DNA from: Candidatus Chisholmbacteria bacterium RIFCSPHIGHO2_01_FULL_52_32
GTDB taxonomy: Bacteria; Patescibacteriota; Microgenomatia; UBA1400; Chisholmbacteraceae
Assembly (NCBI GenBank): GCA_001816585.1
Contig: MHCJ01000003.1
Location: 284,228-348,227, forward strand
Length of the DNA: 64,000 bases
Reading direction: 5' to 3'
Made by a program: the position numbers and the translations under genes
Notes under the pieces: model-generated
Seen by the model: the letters and a program-made list of their open reading frames with translations, nothing else
Databases searched by the model: none
Told to the model about the DNA's origin: nothing
Shown here: positions 1-9,178 of the stretch, piece after piece
Position numbering within the stretch: position 1 is the first letter of the stretch
How the letters are laid out: each line of letters begins with the position of its first letter

Positions 1-217
1 GGTAAAGCTGGGCGGCCAAGGTTTTATTGTGCGAAATCACCAGCGCGGGCTTACCGAGGTTTGCAATCACGTTTGCCGCGGTGAAGGTTTTTCCGCTCCC
101 GGTTACCCCCAGGAGAACCTGCAGTTTATCCCCTCTTTGCAGGCCACGAGTTAGGGATTCGATCGCATGCGGTTGATCTCCGGTTGGCTTATACGGAGAC
201 TTCAAGTGAAATTCCAT
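1..217 (-). CDS. uvrB: Excinuclease ABC subunit B (UvrB), N-terminal part; continues beyond window start
   Basis: Reverse translation from the ATG at complement 215-217 gives [72 protein letters not shown]. This is the canonical UvrB N-terminus with Walker [11 protein letters not shown]. It is divergent from lexA. Confidence 0.85.
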   Translation of the reverse strand, partial: MEFHLKSPYKPTGDQPHAIESLTRGLQRGDKLQVLLGVTGSGKTFTAANVIANLGKPALVISHNKTLAAQLY

Positions 218-267
218 AGCTTTCGGATTATACCGTACCAGTTTCATTTTAATTCAAAAAGTCCTTA

Positions 268-297
268 TTGACAGTCGGGAAATCTTTGGGCTAAGAT
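268..297 (+). promoter_or_regulatory. Sigma70-like promoter for lexA (TTGACA-N18-TAAGAT)
   Basis: TTGACA at 268-273 and TAAGAT at 292-297 read directly from the sequence. They lie upstream of the lexA RBS AAGGAGG (347-353). Confidence 0.5.
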
Positions 298-323
298 GAC
301 CCCAATAGAAACATAATATTCAC

Positions 324-342
324 CGAACCCCGCACACGTTCG
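324..342. promoter_or_regulatory. Palindromic LexA-box-like operator CGAAC-N9-GTTCG between divergent uvrB and lexA
   Basis: CGAAC at 324-328 and GTTCG at 338-342 form a perfect 5-bp inverted repeat. The half-sites match the Gram-positive Cheo box CGAACnnnnGTTCG but the spacer is 9 nt instead of 4. It sits between the promoter -10 and the RBS of lexA. Confidence 0.45.
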
Positions 343-356
343 GAAAGCAAGGAGGC

Positions 357-977
357 ATGATGCCGGTCACCCTTTACAAGCGTCAACGTCAGATTGTCGA
401 TTTCATTTCCCAGTACATCCAGAAAAACGGTTATTCGCCAACCCTACAGGACATTGCCAGTGCAATAGGAGTTTCATCCCTGGCAACGATCCATGAACAT
501 CTCCAAGCCTTAACAAAAAAAGGTGTTATACGAAAGTACGAAGGGGCGGTGCGCGGAATAGAGCTTTTGGACAGAAAATTGGGTAGGCTTACCCAAGGTC
601 TCGATCTTCCGATCATGGGTTACATCGCTGCCGGGCGGCCGCTTGAGCCATACACCGACCCCAGTGCGGTATTCCGGGTTTCGCCATCCATGGTGACCGG
701 GAAAAAACGCGCATATGTCCTCCAGGTTAAGGGAGAGAGCATGATAGAGGAAGGCATTTTGGATGGAGATTTTGTCGTCATTGAGGATGAAGATGAAGTG
801 CGCGATGGGGATATCGTGGTCGCCCTGCTTGAGAACGGGCTGGCAACACTCAAGAAATACTTTCGAGAGGCAACCCGCATCCGGCTTGAGCCGGCAAACT
901 CCCAGATGAACCCCATCTTTGCGAAGAACGTGCGGATTCAAGGAAAAGTTGTCGGGCTCATCCGTAGATTCAATTGA
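357..977 (+). CDS. lexA: LexA transcriptional repressor (SOS regulator, S24 peptidase)
   Basis: 206 aa. It has an N-terminal winged HTH and the cleavage-site region IMGYIAAGRPLEP (A-G). The C-terminal S24 domain contains VKGESMIEEGILDGDFVVI and a catalytic Lys context. A strong SD sits 4 nt upstream of the ATG. Confidence 0.9.
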   Translation: MMPVTLYKRQRQIVDFISQYIQKNGYSPTLQDIASAIGVSSLATIHEHLQALTKKGVIRKYEGAVRGIELLDRKLGRLTQGLDLPIMGYIAAGRPLEPYTDPSAVFRVSPSMVTGKKRAYVLQVKGESMIEEGILDGDFVVIEDEDEVRDGDIVVALLENGLATLKKYFREATRIRLEPANSQMNPIFAKNVRIQGKVVGLIRRFN

Positions 978-1156
978 TCTCTATCCTCGACACTCCGTCT
1001 ATTCCGCCTTCGCGGAAAACCGAGGCCTCTCAGGCAGCGGATGGATAGTGATTTTTAAAGTCCGGTGATTTCCGCTGCGGCGGATTTCAGCTCTCATTGT
1101 GGTAGGCTTTTCAGTGTTGATATTCAAGATTCCACAGCCTCCGAGGCCGTGGAGCT

Positions 1157-1828
1157 TCAATCTTCTTTTTGATTGATACGGCTTCGGTGTATCTGGCTGT
1201 ACTGGTGGATTTTCTTCAGTTTATAGCGAACGTACAAAATGATACCTAAAGCGGACACGAGCGCGAAGGCAAAGTCGAATTTGTGAAACAACGGTCCAAG
1301 GCTGTTCCAATTTTCTCCGAACAGACGACCGACGTGGGCCAGGACTGCACTCCAGACGACGGTTCCAAGGAAAGCATAAAAAACAAATGTCGGGAAATGC
1401 ATCTTTGCAATGCCAGCCGGCAATGAAATAAAGGTGCGGATTACCGGTAGAAGCCTTGAGATAAACGTTACAAATTGCCCGTACTTTCGAAACCACTGTT
1501 CCGCCTCATCGAGCTCGTATTCGTGAACCAGGACATATTTTCCATATTTTCTGATGAGTCCCCGAACAACGGATTCTCCGCCGAAGTAGCCAACGGCGTA
1601 GGCGAGTGCGGAGCCGATCGTGCCGCCAATCCCTGCAGAAAGGACAACCAGCCAAAAGTTAAATCTGCCGGTAGACACGAGATATCCAGAAAAGGGCATG
1701 ATGATTTCGGATGGAAGAGGAATCGACGCGGACTCGATCGCCATGGCTATTGCGACACCGAAGTATCCGAGAGAAGAAATCAACGTTGTAATAAATGTCG
1801 CAAGTGGCGCGATGATTGCATCGATCAT
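1157..1828 (-). CDS. DedA/SNARE-associated (VTT domain) family inner-membrane protein
   Basis: 223 aa polytopic protein with the DedA signature region (FSGYLVSTGRFNFWLVVLSAGIGGTIGSALAYAVGYFGG ... RLLPVIRTFISLPAG). Confidence 0.8.
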   Translation of the reverse strand: MIDAIIAPLATFITTLISSLGYFGVAIAMAIESASIPLPSEIIMPFSGYLVSTGRFNFWLVVLSAGIGGTIGSALAYAVGYFGGESVVRGLIRKYGKYVLVHEYELDEAEQWFRKYGQFVTFISRLLPVIRTFISLPAGIAKMHFPTFVFYAFLGTVVWSAVLAHVGRLFGENWNSLGPLFHKFDFAFALVSALGIILYVRYKLKKIHQYSQIHRSRINQKED

Positions 1829-1837
1829 AACGGGGCT

Positions 1838-2770
1838 TTAGAGGAATTCTTCTAACGCGGGGGCGAGGTCTATAGACGAAATGGATTGTTCAACCAGAGG
1901 CTTTTCTTTAAGTGCCGTAACCTCTTCATGATAGGCAGGCTTTTCTTCCCGGTAGAAGATGCCGAGGGGGATTTTTTCCTCTTCGAGGGCTTTGGCAAAA
2001 GCCTTGGTTCTGTCGGTCGGAGTATAGCCTTCGTCGTCGAGCTTATAGACCCGCTGTCGGTACCAGTCGTAGGTATTGATGCGGTTGAAGGTAACGCAGG
2101 GTTGAAGAATATCTACCAGGGCAAAACCTTTGTGCTCAACCGCCTGTTTGATGAGACCGGCAGTGTGCGCCATGTCTCCGGAAAACGCACGAGAGACAAA
2201 GGTTGCCCCTGAAGAAATCGCAAGGGCCATCGGGTTGACCCCAATCTCGATCGTTCCTCCCGGGGTTGATTTTGTTTTCGTTCCCTTCGTCGTGGTGGGC
2301 GCGCTTTGACCGGTTGTCAGCCCGTACACCTGATTATTATGGACGATTACCGTGATATCGTGGTTTCCTCTTGCGGCGGCGATAAAATGGCCCATCCCTT
2401 CACCATACGTATCCCCATCCCCTGCCACAATAATGACGGGTAGTGTATGGTTGGTTAATTTAATCGCCGTCGCGTTTGGAATCCCGCGCCCGTGGAGTGC
2501 ATGGAACCCATGGGCGTGGAAAAAGTCAGCCATGTTTCCTGAGCAGCCGATACCGAACACGACGACAAATTGCCAAGGATGAAGGTTTAACGAAACTAAT
2601 GAGTTTTTGAGGGACCCCCAAATTCCGAAGTCACCGCAGCCCGGGCACCAGGTTGGGAATACCGTTGATTGATACTCGGTTTGTTTAGGTGGTTCTTCTG
2701 GCATAGTCGGCAATCTCCTCCGGGAAGAATGGGCGGCCGTCGTACTTGAGTAATCGCTCATCGATGACAA
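1838..2770 (-). CDS. 2-oxoacid:ferredoxin oxidoreductase beta subunit (TPP-binding; pyruvate/2-oxoglutarate type)
   Basis: It contains CPGCGDFGI, GIGCS and a TPP-binding fold. The true start is probably the internal Met (MPEEPP..., ~2704), giving a short overlap with the upstream alpha gene. Confidence 0.85.
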   Translation of the reverse strand: MSSMSDYSSTTAAHSSRRRLPTMPEEPPKQTEYQSTVFPTWCPGCGDFGIWGSLKNSLVSLNLHPWQFVVVFGIGCSGNMADFFHAHGFHALHGRGIPNATAIKLTNHTLPVIIVAGDGDTYGEGMGHFIAAARGNHDITVIVHNNQVYGLTTGQSAPTTTKGTKTKSTPGGTIEIGVNPMALAISSGATFVSRAFSGDMAHTAGLIKQAVEHKGFALVDILQPCVTFNRINTYDWYRQRVYKLDDEGYTPTDRTKAFAKALEEEKIPLGIFYREEKPAYHEEVTALKEKPLVEQSISSIDLAPALEEFL

Positions 2771-4412
2771 TTCCGGTCTCTTGCCGCAAAAGCTGACCGA
2801 GTTGTCCGGTGGCGTTGCACTCTACGAGAACCGGTCGCTTGGCGGTTCTTATGAATCCGGTTACTTCTTGAATCGGAAAGGGCCAGACTGCGGAAAGATG
2901 CATAAAATTGAACGTTCGTTTGTCTCCTTCAAGTTTCTTCAGAGCAGACAGGATCGCCCCTTTATTTGAACCCCAGGAAATGAAGGTAAGCTCGGCATCA
3001 GAGGGCCCGAACACCGTCGGTTTCGGAATGAGTGATGCAATCCCCTTTTCTTTGCGGAGGCGTTTTGATACCTGCTTTGCGGTCATGTCACTCTCTTCCG
3101 TTGCGAGGCCATACTCGTTGTGTTCGTAGCTGTTTGCAAGGAACAATGCGTCGGCGTCTCCTGGGAGCGCACGGGGCGAGACCCCTGTATCCGTATCTTT
3201 GTAGCGAAGAAAGGTGGTTCCTTTCTCTTCTTGGTTGGCAAATCCAAAACGCTCGTTGGAAAAGGTTTTAGCAAACGGAGCGCAACTTTGGTGGCTCTCC
3301 AGGAGCTGTTTATCTCCGAGAATAATTACCGGAGTTTGATACTTTTCCGCAATCTCAAAGGCCAGACGGGTGAGCGAAAATGCTTCTTCAACATCCCCGG
3401 GGGTGAGGATGGCTCTGGGAAACTCTCCGTGTCCGGAGCGGAGCACAAACTGAAGGTCTGCTTGAGAAGTCCAAGTCGGAAGACCGGTTGCCGGTGCAGG
3501 CCGCTGGCCCTCGAGGATGACAATCGGAGTCTCCGTCATCCCAGCCAGAGAGACTCCCTCAACCATGAGGGCAAACCCTCCACCGGAAGTCGCAGTCATG
3601 GAGCGGACACCTGCGTAGGAAGCTCCGATTATTTGGTTTATTGCGGAGATTTCGTCTTCGGCATGTTTGACGACGATAGCGTACTTTTCCGCGACTGAAG
3701 CCATGTAATGGAGAAGGGCAGACGTTGGTGTCATCGGGTAGGCAGCGAAGTACTTGCACCCTGAGGAGATCGCACCAAGTCCCACTGCTTCGTTTCCGGA
3801 AAGCACAATTTCCCCCCGATCTTCTCCTTTTTGGAGGCTTATCGTTTCTATCGGTTTAGAATGCTCTTTCGCAAAGGCATATCCGGCTGCGGCCGCATCT
3901 TGGTTCGCTTTTATCACGTCATCGCCTTTCCGCTTGAACACGGAAATAAGGACGTTGTGGAAAGTTTCAAGATCAAGCCCTAAGAGGTAAAGAGAAACGC
4001 CTAAGGCAACGTTGTTCACCATCACTTTGTCTGCCCCTACCTGGCGGGTGATGTCGGCCATCGGTATGTCATAGTGAATGCCCTTGGCTTGAAATTGTTG
4101 TGGGGTAAAGTGGCTTTCTTTTTGATCAAAGATAATCGTTGTCCCCTCGGAGATTTCTGCAAGATGCAGCTTTACGCCGTCTGGATTGAGGGCGATGAGC
4201 AGGTCAACGAGCTTCTCTTGGACATTGGTCTTATCCTTACTAGCCTTGACTTGGATGGTGTTGTGGCCACCACGGATAAGTGACGGATATTCGGTGTAGT
4301 CAAATGCTGACAGTCCATGACGGGCGCAGGTTTTCGAAAGAAGAAGGCCGGTCGTCATAATACCCTGGCCGGCGTAGCCCGCTATTTTCCAGTTAAATTC
4401 AGCTTTCGTCAT
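2685..4412 (-). CDS. 2-oxoacid:ferredoxin oxidoreductase alpha subunit with fused N-terminal gamma domain
   Basis: 575 aa. The N-terminus MTKAEFNWKIAGYAGQGIMTTG is the gamma-domain motif, followed by the alpha catalytic domain. It is adjacent to and co-oriented with the beta subunit. Confidence 0.85.
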   Translation of the reverse strand: MTKAEFNWKIAGYAGQGIMTTGLLLSKTCARHGLSAFDYTEYPSLIRGGHNTIQVKASKDKTNVQEKLVDLLIALNPDGVKLHLAEISEGTTIIFDQKESHFTPQQFQAKGIHYDIPMADITRQVGADKVMVNNVALGVSLYLLGLDLETFHNVLISVFKRKGDDVIKANQDAAAAGYAFAKEHSKPIETISLQKGEDRGEIVLSGNEAVGLGAISSGCKYFAAYPMTPTSALLHYMASVAEKYAIVVKHAEDEISAINQIIGASYAGVRSMTATSGGGFALMVEGVSLAGMTETPIVILEGQRPAPATGLPTWTSQADLQFVLRSGHGEFPRAILTPGDVEEAFSLTRLAFEIAEKYQTPVIILGDKQLLESHQSCAPFAKTFSNERFGFANQEEKGTTFLRYKDTDTGVSPRALPGDADALFLANSYEHNEYGLATEESDMTAKQVSKRLRKEKGIASLIPKPTVFGPSDAELTFISWGSNKGAILSALKKLEGDKRTFNFMHLSAVWPFPIQEVTGFIRTAKRPVLVECNATGQLGQLLRQETGIVIDERLLKYDGRPFFPEEIADYARRTT

Positions 4413-4414
4413 GG

Positions 4415-6157
4415 CTAAAATTCTTCTAAGGTTGAGGTATCTCCGATAGGCAGTCCAAGTTCTTGGGCTTTAAGAAGCCTACGCATGATCTTTCCGGAAC
4501 GAGTTTTGGGTAGCTTATCGCGGAATTCAATCTCTCGAGGATAGGCGTGCCCTGCGAGATGGCGTTTAATGAAGCTTTGGATATCTTCCTTGAGCATCTC
4601 GGATTGTTTTACCCCGGGCTTCAGGGTAATGAACGCTTTAATGATTTCGCCCCGCAGTGGGTCGGGTTTACCAATCACGCCTGCTTCAGCAATCTTCGGA
4701 TGTTCTACCAAGGCGGATTCGACTTCAAACGGTCCTACCCTTTCTCCTGCGGTTTTAATAACATCGTCCGCGCGACCAACGAACCAGAAATACCCATCTG
4801 TGTCTTTAAAGGCCCGGTCTCCTGAGATATACCAACCTTTCGTGAAATAGCTTTTGTACTTTTTTGGCCTTTTCCAGATAGTCTTCATCATCGATGGCCA
4901 ACCCGGACGAATCGCAAGATTTCCCTCTTTGTTCGCCGCGAGTTCATTCCCCAGATCATCGACGATCGACGCTTCTATTCCAGGCAACGGCTTGCCCATC
5001 GATCCCAACTTAATGTCCATCGATGGGTAATTCGCGATGAGGATTCCACCGGTTTCCGTCTGCCACCAGTTATCGTGAAAGGGGAGGCCGAACGTCTTTA
5101 ATCCCCAGCGGATAGGTTCCGGGTTTAGCGGTTCTCCCACTGAAGCAAGGTGCCGGAGCGATGAGAAATCAAAGTTTTTCGCCGATCTTTCCGGGTCACT
5201 CGCAAGCATACGGATGGCAGTCGGAGCGGTATACCAGACGTTGACGCTGTAATCCTCAATGATTTGATACCACGTCTTTGGTTCGAAACGGCCTGAAAAA
5301 ACAACCGAGGAGGCTCCGTTTGACCAGGATCCCAGAATCTCGTAGGCAATCCCCGTTACCCAGCCCGGATCCGCTGTACACCAGTAGACGTCTTCCTCTT
5401 TGAGGTCAAGCGCCCACTTCGCGCTTAAATGCTCGTGGAGAATAGCCTTATGAACGTGGACTACCCCTTTCGGTTTCCCGGTAGTGCCAGAGGTATAGAG
5501 CATAAAGGCCGGGTCCTCCGGATCCATCATCCGCGTTTCGTAGACCGTGCTTTGTGACGAAAGGAGGTTTGGCAGAGACAGGATTTGCGTCTTTCCTGCT
5601 TTCCGATCTTTTGTCCCGTCAGTCAGGAGGATCGTCGTTAACTCCGGTAAGTTTTTCAGTACCTTCAAAACGCGCGGGAGAAGTTCCGTGTTGGTTAGAA
5701 GAAGTTTTGCGGCGCTGTTTCCCAGGCGATCTTCAATTGCCTGAGGGCCGAAGGCTGAGAACATCGTGCCGGCGATGGCTCCCCTTTTGAGCGTACCGAG
5801 GAATGCGTAGTAAAGCTGGGGAACCCTGGGAAGGAAGATAAATACGCGTTCTTGCTGTCCGATTTCCAGAGCATGGAGAAGATTGGCGAATTGGTTTGAA
5901 ATTTTGAACAAGTCCAAAAAGGTGTATCGTTCTTTCTCGTTTGCTTCGCCTTGCCAGTAGAGGGCAATTTTGTTTTTACGAAAGTTTTGCGCATTTCTGT
6001 CTATCGCACTGTGCGCAGCGTTCAGCTTTCCATTTAAGAATGCAACTTCCTCCCTGGCTTTTGCCCAAGAAAATGTCCTCACCGCTTTCTCGTAATCAGG
6101 GAGATTGGGAACGAACTTGAGGTTTTGTGCGGTTTTCCTGTAGATTTGTACTTTCAT
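4415..6157 (-). CDS. AMP-forming acyl-CoA synthetase (acetyl-CoA synthetase-like)
   Basis: 580 aa with the adenylate-forming motif YTSGTTGKPKGV, the GEPLNPE motif and a C-terminal PKTRSGKIMRR lysine motif. It immediately follows PFOR, consistent with acetate/acetyl-CoA interconversion. Confidence 0.7.
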   Translation of the reverse strand: MKVQIYRKTAQNLKFVPNLPDYEKAVRTFSWAKAREEVAFLNGKLNAAHSAIDRNAQNFRKNKIALYWQGEANEKERYTFLDLFKISNQFANLLHALEIGQQERVFIFLPRVPQLYYAFLGTLKRGAIAGTMFSAFGPQAIEDRLGNSAAKLLLTNTELLPRVLKVLKNLPELTTILLTDGTKDRKAGKTQILSLPNLLSSQSTVYETRMMDPEDPAFMLYTSGTTGKPKGVVHVHKAILHEHLSAKWALDLKEEDVYWCTADPGWVTGIAYEILGSWSNGASSVVFSGRFEPKTWYQIIEDYSVNVWYTAPTAIRMLASDPERSAKNFDFSSLRHLASVGEPLNPEPIRWGLKTFGLPFHDNWWQTETGGILIANYPSMDIKLGSMGKPLPGIEASIVDDLGNELAANKEGNLAIRPGWPSMMKTIWKRPKKYKSYFTKGWYISGDRAFKDTDGYFWFVGRADDVIKTAGERVGPFEVESALVEHPKIAEAGVIGKPDPLRGEIIKAFITLKPGVKQSEMLKEDIQSFIKRHLAGHAYPREIEFRDKLPKTRSGKIMRRLLKAQELGLPIGDTSTLEEF

Positions 6158-6165
6158 TGCATTGA

Positions 6166-7800
6166 TCAGATGAGCTCCCTCCCTGTCATCATCGGCGGTT
6201 TGGGGATATTTAACAGTTTTAACATAGTTGGTGCGATATCGGCAAGTACGCCGGTTTGCACCATGCTGCCTTTCCCGGTCGATTCTCTGTCAATAAAAAT
6301 GAACGGTACGGGAAACGTCGAGTGTTCCGTGTCTACCTGCCCGGTCTCAGGATTTAAAAGTTCTTCAGCATTCCCGTGATCTGCGGTGATGATCGTTGCC
6401 CCCCCGACGGACATGGCTTTCTGGGCGATCTGCTCCACACATTGATCGACAGTCTCGCAGGCAGCGATGGTTGCCTGCATGTTTCCGGTGTGTGCAACCA
6501 TATCCGGATTTGCAAAGTTGACGATGATGACGTTATAGATACCGGTTGCGATTCGTTCAATGACCGAGTCGGTAATCTCAAGGGCAGACATTTGAGGATC
6601 CAGGTCGTAGGTCGGGACTTTCACCGAAGGAATAATAATACGGTCTTCTCCCGGAAATGGGTCTTCCCTTAGCCCATTGAAATAGTAGGTCACGAAGCGT
6701 TCTTTTTCGGTCTCTGCCACCCTGAGCTGTCGGAGGTTGAAGTCGGCGATTATCCTTCCAAATGGCATCTCCACCGTTTGCGGCGGGTAGGCGATTGATA
6801 CCGGTAGCGCCCGCTCGTACTCTGTCATGGTTACGAAGAGGAGATTTTTGATTCTCTCTCCACGAGTAAACGGAGTGGTTTGAAGCTGCGGGTAGGCCGC
6901 GTGCTTACGAAAGTACTTGATCGCGTAGGGATCGAATGCAGGGCGCTTTTCTGCAGCAGTTTCAAAGTTCGGCAAAACAAAGGCCTTGGTAAGCTGCCTC
7001 GGTCGATCAATGCGAAAATTAAAAAAGATTACCGCATCGTTTTCCCGCACCAGTCTTTTCGGATTGTTGTTTTCATCAACAATCAACGTGGGTTCAATGA
7101 ATTCATCGGTTTTCCCGGCAGTATATGCGGACGTAACCGATTCATTTGCATCACGGGCTTTATGTGCGGCGCCGACGGTTAAGGCTTGGTAGGCTTTCTC
7201 GGTTCGCTCCCAGCGTTGGTCCCTGTCCATCGCATAAAATCGCCCCATGACAGAAGCGATCTCTCCTACACCTATAGTTTGAATTTTCGCCTGAATCTGT
7301 GAAATGTAGGTTAACGCCGAGGTCGGAGGAGAGTCCCTGCCGTCCGTAAAAAGATGAAGCGCAACGTGTTCAAGTCGATGGAGGCTCGCAAAATGGAGCA
7401 GGGCAAACAGGTGCTCGATGTTTGAGTGTACTCCCCCTGCTCCGACAAGGCCCATGAGGTGCAAGGTCGAGTTGTAAGTTTGCACATGCGCCCCGGCAGT
7501 TACGAAAGCCTGGTTTTCGAAAAAGCTGCCATCTGCAATTGACATGTTGATACGCGGTAAATCCTGGTAGACAATTTGCCCCGCACCGATGTTCAGATGG
7601 CCCGTTTCCGTGTTCCCTTCTTCCCCGTGGGGAAGACCCACTGCTTCACCGGAAGCTTCAAGTTTTGTGTGAGGAAAAGCATTCCAGTAACGATCCAGGT
7701 TCGGTGTAATCGCTCTTTCGATAGCATTGCCCGGTCCCGGTGGGGCGATGCCCCAACCGTCGAGGATCAAAAGCACAATGGGTTTCGGGATTGGGCTCAT
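6166..7800 (-). CDS. gpmI: 2,3-bisphosphoglycerate-independent phosphoglycerate mutase
   Basis: 544 aa. The N-terminus PIVLLILDGWGIAPPGPGNAI, GHLNIGAGQIVYQD and ADHGNAE are classic iPGM motifs. Confidence 0.9.
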   Translation of the reverse strand: MSPIPKPIVLLILDGWGIAPPGPGNAIERAITPNLDRYWNAFPHTKLEASGEAVGLPHGEEGNTETGHLNIGAGQIVYQDLPRINMSIADGSFFENQAFVTAGAHVQTYNSTLHLMGLVGAGGVHSNIEHLFALLHFASLHRLEHVALHLFTDGRDSPPTSALTYISQIQAKIQTIGVGEIASVMGRFYAMDRDQRWERTEKAYQALTVGAAHKARDANESVTSAYTAGKTDEFIEPTLIVDENNNPKRLVRENDAVIFFNFRIDRPRQLTKAFVLPNFETAAEKRPAFDPYAIKYFRKHAAYPQLQTTPFTRGERIKNLLFVTMTEYERALPVSIAYPPQTVEMPFGRIIADFNLRQLRVAETEKERFVTYYFNGLREDPFPGEDRIIIPSVKVPTYDLDPQMSALEITDSVIERIATGIYNVIIVNFANPDMVAHTGNMQATIAACETVDQCVEQIAQKAMSVGGATIITADHGNAEELLNPETGQVDTEHSTFPVPFIFIDRESTGKGSMVQTGVLADIAPTMLKLLNIPKPPMMTGRELI

Positions 7801-7821
7801 TGTTTGCTGGGATCTCCCTTG

Positions 7822-9105
7822 TTATGCGTTCGTCTGCGGAGCTTGGGGTTTTGCGGTAAGTTCGCTTTCTATGTCGAGAAGGCGGTTGTATTTTGCGATG
7901 CGCTCACCGCGAGCCGGCGCGCCAAACTTCGTGTAATGCGCGCCAACGCCAACGGCAAAATCAGCGATAAAGTCATCGTTGGTTTCACCCGAGCGATGGG
8001 AAACGACGACTTGCCAACCCGCATTTTTTGCAATTGTAATGACCTCAATTGCCTGTGAGATGGTGCCAATTTGGTTCGGCTTCGCCAAGATTCCCGTACA
8101 GCACTTTTCAGCAATACCTTTCAGGGTTCTTTCTTTATTCGTCGTCAGGAGATCGTCGCCAATAACAACCGTTGAGGTCCCAATTTCCTTGGTCAGGGTT
8201 GTCCAGGAACCCCAATCATCTTCGAATAGCGGATCCTCGAGAGTGTACAGATGGTACTGATCATTGAGGCCTTTGTAATAGTCAATAAATTCTTTTGTAG
8301 AAAAAGGTTCTTTCCGATCCTTGATTTGATACTTCCCTCCCTTGTAGAAATTGGAGGCGGCTACGTCGAGGCCGAGAAAGACATCCTCCCCATATTTATA
8401 CTTCGTCGTCCGAATTGCCTCGAGTATTAGCTCCAGGGCATCAGAATTGTTGTACAAGTTCGGAGCAAATCCGCCCTCGATGCCGACGCTATGGATCGCT
8501 CCGTGTTTGGTGAGGACTTGGTCGATGGCGTGATAGACTTCAACGCCCGTTTGAAGCGCTTGGGAATAGCTCATTCTGGTCGAGGGAATGATATGGAATT
8601 CCTGAAAGTCCAGGTTCCCGGCTCCGTGTTTTCCTCCGTTTATCACGTTGAACGTCGGAGTAGGAAATGTGGGCGGATCTTTGGCCAGACGGTATTTTGC
8701 GAAGAGATACTTATATACCGGTAAATTGTACGCGAGGGCTCCGGCTTTACACAGGGCTGTTGAAACGGAAAGAATGGCGTTGGCGCCCAAGCGCGATTTG
8801 TTTAACGACCCATCGAGATTAACGAGGATCTGATCGACGTCGGTTTGGCGGGTCGGATCTTTTCCGAGAATTGCCGGGCCGATGACTGCGTTTACGTTTG
8901 CAACCGCCTTCAACACCCCTTTGCCGTAGAATCGATTCTGATCGTTGTCCCGAAGCTCAACGGCTTCGTGAGTGCCAGTAGACGTTCCAGCCGGTACTGA
9001 AGCGGTTACCTTGCGCTCGTTGTCAATCGTCAGGGTTGTCTCAATTGTCGGGATTCCCCGGGAATCGAGAATCTCTTTGGCAAGGGTTTGAGTTATCTGT
9101 GCCAC
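7822..9105 (-). CDS. eno: Enolase (phosphopyruvate hydratase)
   Basis: 427 aa. It contains AKEILDSRGIPTIE, SHRSGETND and the standard enolase length. It has a GTG start with no SD, directly downstream (on the mRNA) of a heptamer repeat array. Confidence 0.9.
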   Translation of the reverse strand: MAQITQTLAKEILDSRGIPTIETTLTIDNERKVTASVPAGTSTGTHEAVELRDNDQNRFYGKGVLKAVANVNAVIGPAILGKDPTRQTDVDQILVNLDGSLNKSRLGANAILSVSTALCKAGALAYNLPVYKYLFAKYRLAKDPPTFPTPTFNVINGGKHGAGNLDFQEFHIIPSTRMSYSQALQTGVEVYHAIDQVLTKHGAIHSVGIEGGFAPNLYNNSDALELILEAIRTTKYKYGEDVFLGLDVAASNFYKGGKYQIKDRKEPFSTKEFIDYYKGLNDQYHLYTLEDPLFEDDWGSWTTLTKEIGTSTVVIGDDLLTTNKERTLKGIAEKCCTGILAKPNQIGTISQAIEVITIAKNAGWQVVVSHRSGETNDDFIADFAVGVGAHYTKFGAPARGERIAKYNRLLDIESELTAKPQAPQTNA

Positions 9106-9115
9106 GGGATAATAA

Positions 9116-9152
9116 TAAAGAATTAAGAATTATGAATTATGAATTAAGAATT
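9116..9152. repeat. Heptanucleotide tandem array (A[AT]GAATT)x5 in the eno leader / ppsA-eno intergenic region
   Basis: The sequence reads aaGAATT aaGAATT atGAATT atGAATT aaGAATT atga, i.e. period 7 with five consecutive units. Confidence 0.8.
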
Positions 9153-9178
9153 ATGACGCATGATAGTTCTGGTTTCAT

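Noticed and set aside
9116-9152. Possibility that the heptamer arrays are CRISPR arrays
   Set aside because: The units are 7 nt, contiguous and without spacers. No cas genes are present. They are not CRISPR.
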